A stretch of DNA of 30,965 bases from a virus (lineage: Duplodnaviria; Caudoviricetes): IMG/VR virus record IMGVR_UViG_3300020045_000745, positions 1-30,965 of that record; one strand, given 5' to 3'. The notes below the pieces were generated by a model. That model saw only the letters and a program-made list of their open reading frames with translations. It had not been told where the DNA came from and made no database searches. Positions 27,565-30,965 of the stretch are shown here, one piece after another; position 1 is the stretch's first letter; the number at the start of each line of letters is the position of its first letter. The position numbers and the translations under genes are program-made.

Positions 27565-27594
27565 AAAAAGCCCGCGAAAGCGGGCTTTTCTTTT
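27565..27594. terminator. Bidirectional rho-independent terminator
   Basis: AAAAAGCCCGC-GAAA-GCGGGCTTTTCTTTT between two convergent gene blocks. Confidence 0.93.
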
Positions 27595-27610
27595 GGTGCA
27601 GGGTTAGTGC

Positions 27611-27802
27611 TTACTGTGCTTGAGTAGGTGCCGGAACAGCCGTAGACGGAACACTAAAGAACTCCTGCTCCAGTCCTTTGATCAACTCGGGGAATTCCCT
27701 ATAGGTCCTAATCACAGGCATTTGTCCACCATCAGAACTACGGACGATAAACGAACTATCTGACGCTTGCAAAACATTAAGTTCTTTGATTTCTTGACTC
27801 AC
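27611..27802 (-). CDS. Hypothetical protein
   Basis: 63 aa, last gene of the - strand block; starts 1 nt after the upstream stop and ends just before the terminator. Confidence 0.6.
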   Translation of the reverse strand: MSQEIKELNVLQASDSSFIVRSSDGGQMPVIRTYREFPELIKGLEQEFFSVPSTAVPAPTQAQ

Positions 27803-27803
27803 T

Positions 27804-28076
27804 TTAAGGTGCCTTTCTTATTTTAGTTATTTTTTGAATCATGGCCAACGGTCTTCCACATACATTATTTAGATTTTTACTTTCATCCCATGAGCCTGCA
27901 AGCATCACATCACCTGCTTTATTCTGCCCTACAAACACACCGCAGGTCCACGCATCACAGGCCGAATCCGACACCACATTGTCTACCGATATCCATCCTG
28001 GATTCCTAGAGTAAGCATCATGCCAGTAGATAAGCAGGATATCCCCAACTTTAAGATTTTTTGGTAGGCGCTTCAA
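27804..28076 (-). CDS. Small beta-barrel-like phage protein
   Basis: I.W.DA.....W.......C....G.......V.LA.S......P..MI.KI pattern, recurrent in phage hypothetical proteins. Confidence 0.7.
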   Translation of the reverse strand: MKRLPKNLKVGDILLIYWHDAYSRNPGWISVDNVVSDSACDAWTCGVFVGQNKAGDVMLAGSWDESKNLNNVCGRPLAMIQKITKIRKAP

Positions 28077-28527
28077 CCTTGGGTTGCTCCTTTAAATAGA
28101 GGACATCAACTGGTCCTTTGGTATAGTCATCCCATTCACAACACTCTTTCACGGCTTCTTCTGGCGACATTCCGATCTTCCGCATAAACACAAGAGCAAA
28201 TTTACTCCCACTACCAATGCTATAATTATCATCCTTGACTTTCATTCTCACAAGATGCTTATCCCATAACCACAATCCTGTGGGACTCAGTTCAAGAACG
28301 TCGAAGTCTACATCCTCTATGTCTTTTGGCCCCCAGTTTGGTTTTTGTTTCTGATTGAATCCTTTCTCAGCCCACTCAATAAATACATTCCCGAAGCAAT
28401 CTCCAGCAAGACCATAGATACTTGTTCCTATCCGGAATATCTTCGGTGCGGAGAATCCTTTTGCCCCTTCCCAAGAGACTTGAGAATCCCCTGCCATCAT
28501 GGTTCGGTCTGTCGCAATTGTTGTCAT
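28051..28527 (-). CDS. Ntn-hydrolase peptidase, HslV/proteasome beta-subunit-like
   Basis: MTTIA start (Thr1 nucleophile), AGDSQ (Asp17 equivalent), PKIF (Lys33 equivalent), G.AG, IGSGS, and A......D..T.G.V. Confidence 0.85.
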   Translation of the reverse strand: MTTIATDRTMMAGDSQVSWEGAKGFSAPKIFRIGTSIYGLAGDCFGNVFIEWAEKGFNQKQKPNWGPKDIEDVDFDVLELSPTGLWLWDKHLVRMKVKDDNYSIGSGSKFALVFMRKIGMSPEEAVKECCEWDDYTKGPVDVLYLKEQPKVEAPTKKS

Positions 28528-29057
28528 TCGATCCTCTCAAACACACTAAACAGCCGGATACGATTATTAAACCCGCAAAGAATCCCAACTGCCGCAATGA
28601 ACTTAGTTCGAGCAACTTTCGGTAAAATGTATCCGATAGTGCCTACTCTCTGGCCGACTTCTAATGCAGCTATAGCATTTCGACAAAGTTCGTTGGCAGA
28701 AGGAAATACTGAGGGTCCAGGACTGTATTTAGCAGCATCCTGCTCTGTATACGGGGGGTCAATTAGGATTGCTTTAAATCCAACAGGGAAGGCATCACGG
28801 GCATCCTGAAGATAGTCTGGTTCTGTTTCAGGGGCAAGGTCTAATGTCTTGTCGTTTGGTCCGAAACCCCCACGATAGGGGTAGGACTTTGCCATTCCTC
28901 CACAGACATGAAGCACAGGCTCATTTATGGTTGCCCCAAGAAGTGCTCTTGCTCGCTCGGGGAAACCTCCAAGATAGGCTCCGTAATACTTCTTCCCATC
29001 CTTAAGTTTGGCCCTTGCCAAAAACCACACATCAGTTATCGGTCGGTAACTCATCAT
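28524..29057 (-). CDS. Minimal SAM-dependent amino-methyltransferase (DPPY)
   Basis: VLHVCGG (motif I variant), TLDL, PD...DA, ILIDPPY (motif IV); only ~177 aa. Confidence 0.75.
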   Translation of the reverse strand: MMSYRPITDVWFLARAKLKDGKKYYGAYLGGFPERARALLGATINEPVLHVCGGMAKSYPYRGGFGPNDKTLDLAPETEPDYLQDARDAFPVGFKAILIDPPYTEQDAAKYSPGPSVFPSANELCRNAIAALEVGQRVGTIGYILPKVARTKFIAAVGILCGFNNRIRLFSVFERIE

Positions 29058-29241
29058 CTTCCTGTGGAGATTCGTCGTTAATAAATGTGTCTAATCTACC
29101 ACTTAGCCAAAGTGCCTCCAACTGATCCTCAAAAGTCTCAACCAAGTCGAAGGAACTAAGTTGTAGCAACTCAACAAGTTCAATCTCGTCTTTCCGAGTT
29201 GCCAGAAGTTCTTTCACTTCGCTGAAACGGATAGTGGTCAT
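29032..29241 (-). CDS. Small acidic hypothetical protein
   Basis: DE..L.ELL.L.S.DLVE.FED.L motif; tight packing. Confidence 0.7.
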   Translation of the reverse strand: MTTIRFSEVKELLATRKDEIELVELLQLSSFDLVETFEDQLEALWLSGRLDTFINDESPQEDDELPTDN

Positions 29242-29247
29242 GGTATA

Positions 29248-29706
29248 TTAGTGCTTTCCAGCCTCCGAACCATTGCCAACTTTCTTATCGAATGATCGCA
29301 TTACTCCCAAACCTAGCATACCAAATAGTATAGGCAGCATGTCGGCAAGTTCAAGTTTGGGAAGTTGGTTGAGTTGTTCTACCATTGTCTCGGTGCCAAA
29401 TGTGTACACAGCAAACATGAGAAAAGGAAGAATCACATAGGAGTAAGCAAAAGATATCCCGCAGGTCCAGCCAATCCAGGGTCGCCATCCGGCCACAAAG
29501 ATACTGGTGGATTTGGCTTCTTCAATGTTAGTTTGAATTTGGAGTTTTGCAAGATCAGTAGCCGCAACAAGTTCTGCCAATTCTCCGGTCTGATGCATCC
29601 TGAGCAATTCGAGTTCAGCAGCTGCTTTCTTCTCCGGATCAGGAAAGAAGCGATTAATAAGCGATTTACCAATCTCTAAGATTGGTCCAATAAAAAGGGG
29701 ATTCAT
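29248..29706 (-). CDS. Holin of 3TMs (GTA-type) family protein
   Basis: I.RFFPDP..KA.A..EL, N..EA...S.FVAGWRP.IGW.CG, L.GMLGLG.MRS.DK. Confidence 0.85.
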   Translation of the reverse strand: MNPLFIGPILEIGKSLINRFFPDPEKKAAAELELLRMHQTGELAELVAATDLAKLQIQTNIEEAKSTSIFVAGWRPWIGWTCGISFAYSYVILPFLMFAVYTFGTETMVEQLNQLPKLELADMLPILFGMLGLGVMRSFDKKVGNGSEAGKH

Positions 29707-29945
29707 AGGAGTTCGATCACTTTCTTATCAGTTGTTGGGGTTGCCTGTCTTTGTTTCCATTTGCCCCCCTTAATACCACAGAAGTTCTCATTAGAACGGC
29801 ACACTTGGCACATCAGGGGTTCCCCAGTTACCGGATCACCCAAGTCAGGATTGATACAAACATGCGCCATACCTACCTGATTAGGTTGTGGTCCCATCTG
29901 TATGGGTTTCCTTTCACAGAACTGGCAATTTATACAAGTTTTCAT
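29703..29945 (-). CDS. Small Cys-rich (Zn-binding) protein
   Basis: CINCQFC...C..P...DPVTG....C..CR.....CG..G..W; ATGA-type overlaps with both neighbours. Confidence 0.7.
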   Translation of the reverse strand: MKTCINCQFCERKPIQMGPQPNQVGMAHVCINPDLGDPVTGEPLMCQVCRSNENFCGIKGGKWKQRQATPTTDKKVIELL

Positions 29946-30394
29946 AGATAGATAACCTCTAAATTGAGTGCTTCAGCTAATCGTTTCTCAGCCGTTGCCC
30001 CCTTGCTTGTTTCCCATCCAGGAAGGAGGGCAATTGCTTCGGCATGACGGCAAATAAAAATACTGTCGGCTTCAAGAGCCTCACGCAGAGAAAATTGAAT
30101 ATTCGGATTGATCTCCTCAAGTTTTCCATTCGAACTCGCATAGACCTCAATCCCGTATTTCTCCACGTCTCTCCTCGCAGGATTGAAGACCTCATATCCC
30201 GCAGCTTTCAATTTTTCTTCTGCGGCGAAGAAGGCCGGGAAATTAAAATCTGGGATTCCCCGCATAGGTCCCGCTAGATATACCTTCTGACCAACAAAAT
30301 GTGGTTTTAGACTCAACTGGAACTCCTTTTGTGTAAATATTCGATCCCACCCTTCTGTGTATTCCTTTGACGGCGGTTTACTCCGGATAGACAT
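29942..30394 (-). CDS. DUF4406 / nucleoside 2-deoxyribosyltransferase-like protein with N-terminal peptide extension
   Basis: VYLAGPM.G...FNFPAF..A, NPA, I.LLPGWE.SKGA.AE..LA..L; start probably the ATG at 30394. Confidence 0.8.
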   Translation of the reverse strand: MSIRSKPPSKEYTEGWDRIFTQKEFQLSLKPHFVGQKVYLAGPMRGIPDFNFPAFFAAEEKLKAAGYEVFNPARRDVEKYGIEVYASSNGKLEEINPNIQFSLREALEADSIFICRHAEAIALLPGWETSKGATAEKRLAEALNLEVIYL

Positions 30395-30641
30395 CGCCGT
30401 TTTCCCGAATCTTTTTCTGTTCGTAGGGAACTGCCACACGCCTGTAGAATTCTAGTTTAGCTCCCTCTAATGCCCCTAGAACATCATTCAATTCCTGATA
30501 TCGCCATTCCCCATTATGCTCTTTTCTTGCTTGCAAATACTCTATACACAAAGCAGTGATTGCAAAGTTTAGTTCTCCAGCATTTAGGGGGGCCGATTTA
30601 GGAGTTAAGAATTTGCGTGCATCTTTCTTAATGTATGGCAT
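30378..30641 (-). CDS. Conserved-type phage hypothetical protein
   Basis: MPYIK...R...GELN..IT.L...Y...LGALE.AK.EFYRR...PYE..K..ENGDVY; AAGGA RBS. Confidence 0.8.
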   Translation of the reverse strand: MPYIKKDARKFLTPKSAPLNAGELNFAITALCIEYLQARKEHNGEWRYQELNDVLGALEGAKLEFYRRVAVPYEQKKIRENGDVYPE

Positions 30642-30861
30642 TCAACTCATTCCTTATTCCGTTAATTAACATTGCTGTATACCAGAGTGAGAGAAGAAAC
30701 ACTCCCCATTGCCCGGATTCCCAACTTACATAGACCCAAGCTGGTTCAATGATTAGATTTACAACAAATCCCCTCAGCCTCCACCGAGGAACGGACAGGA
30801 GCCATATCGACAAGGCCGAGCCGACTAGGATTATTGCCTGAAGGATATTTGTAACGATCAT
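30628..30861 (-). CDS. Small membrane protein (PnuC/SWEET half-transporter-like)
   Basis: Three hydrophobic segments; WLL.....R..GF...L...P.W.Y......QWG pattern. Confidence 0.6.
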   Translation of the reverse strand: MIVTNILQAIILVGSALSIWLLSVPRWRLRGFVVNLIIEPAWVYVSWESGQWGVFLLSLWYTAMLINGIRNELNAIH

Positions 30862-30965
30862 CTAAATCTTTACGATGTTTAAGATGCCAAGAAAGAAACA
30901 TAACGCAACAGCCCAAGTGATAGACATGGCCTTTGCCTGACTCCACATCAACATCCTCCCCCCGG
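30746..30965 (-). CDS. dATP/dGTP diphosphohydrolase-like (DUF5664) protein, C-terminal part
   Basis: Frame open to the window end: RGEDVDVESGKGHVYHLGCCVMFL...DDR matches the GE..D.ESG..H..H..C...FL motif. Confidence 0.75.
   Translation of the reverse strand, partial: RGEDVDVESGKGHVYHLGCCVMFLSWHLKHRKDLDDRYKYPSGNNPSRLGLVDMAPVRSSVEAEGICCKSNH

Noticed and set aside
28345-28809. 154-aa + strand ORF opposite the peptidase and methylase genes
   Set aside because: Lies past the terminator and antisense to two motif-supported genes; no recognisable features.
1-30965. CRISPR array, tRNA, integrase or diversity-generating retroelement
   Set aside because: No regularly spaced repeats, cloverleaf, recombinase or reverse transcriptase seen by eye; the 17719/18228 duplication differs at all base types, not only adenines.

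Overview
Almost the whole window (~735-30965) is a contiguous segment of a tailed dsDNA phage genome with podovirus-like architecture. The + strand carries a long virion operon: terminase large subunit (C-terminal half), portal, a free-standing HNH endonuclease, a GroES-like co-chaperonin, scaffold, capsid decoration protein, Mu gpT-like major capsid protein, many fibre/appendage proteins, a P22 gp4-like adaptor, a gp10-like tail hub, three ejection-type proteins and a GH108 endolysin. It converges at a bidirectional terminator (~27566-27594) with a - strand cluster of small genes: HslV/proteasome-like Ntn peptidase, minimal DPPY methyltransferase, 3-TM holin, DUF4406-like protein and a partial dATP/dGTP diphosphohydrolase. 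The first ~735 nt are an AT-rich patchwork of fragments from a different phage, most likely a chimeric contig end. The most notable signals are: (i) two related structured elements flanking the capsid genes, one able to sequester its Shine-Dalgarno site in a pseudoknot; (ii) tandem paralogues with a shared Zn-binding N-terminal module and unrelated C-termini; (iii) an Ig-like domain whose last strand appears to be encoded by the next (SPRY) gene. All family calls come from recalled motifs and synteny; no database search was run.
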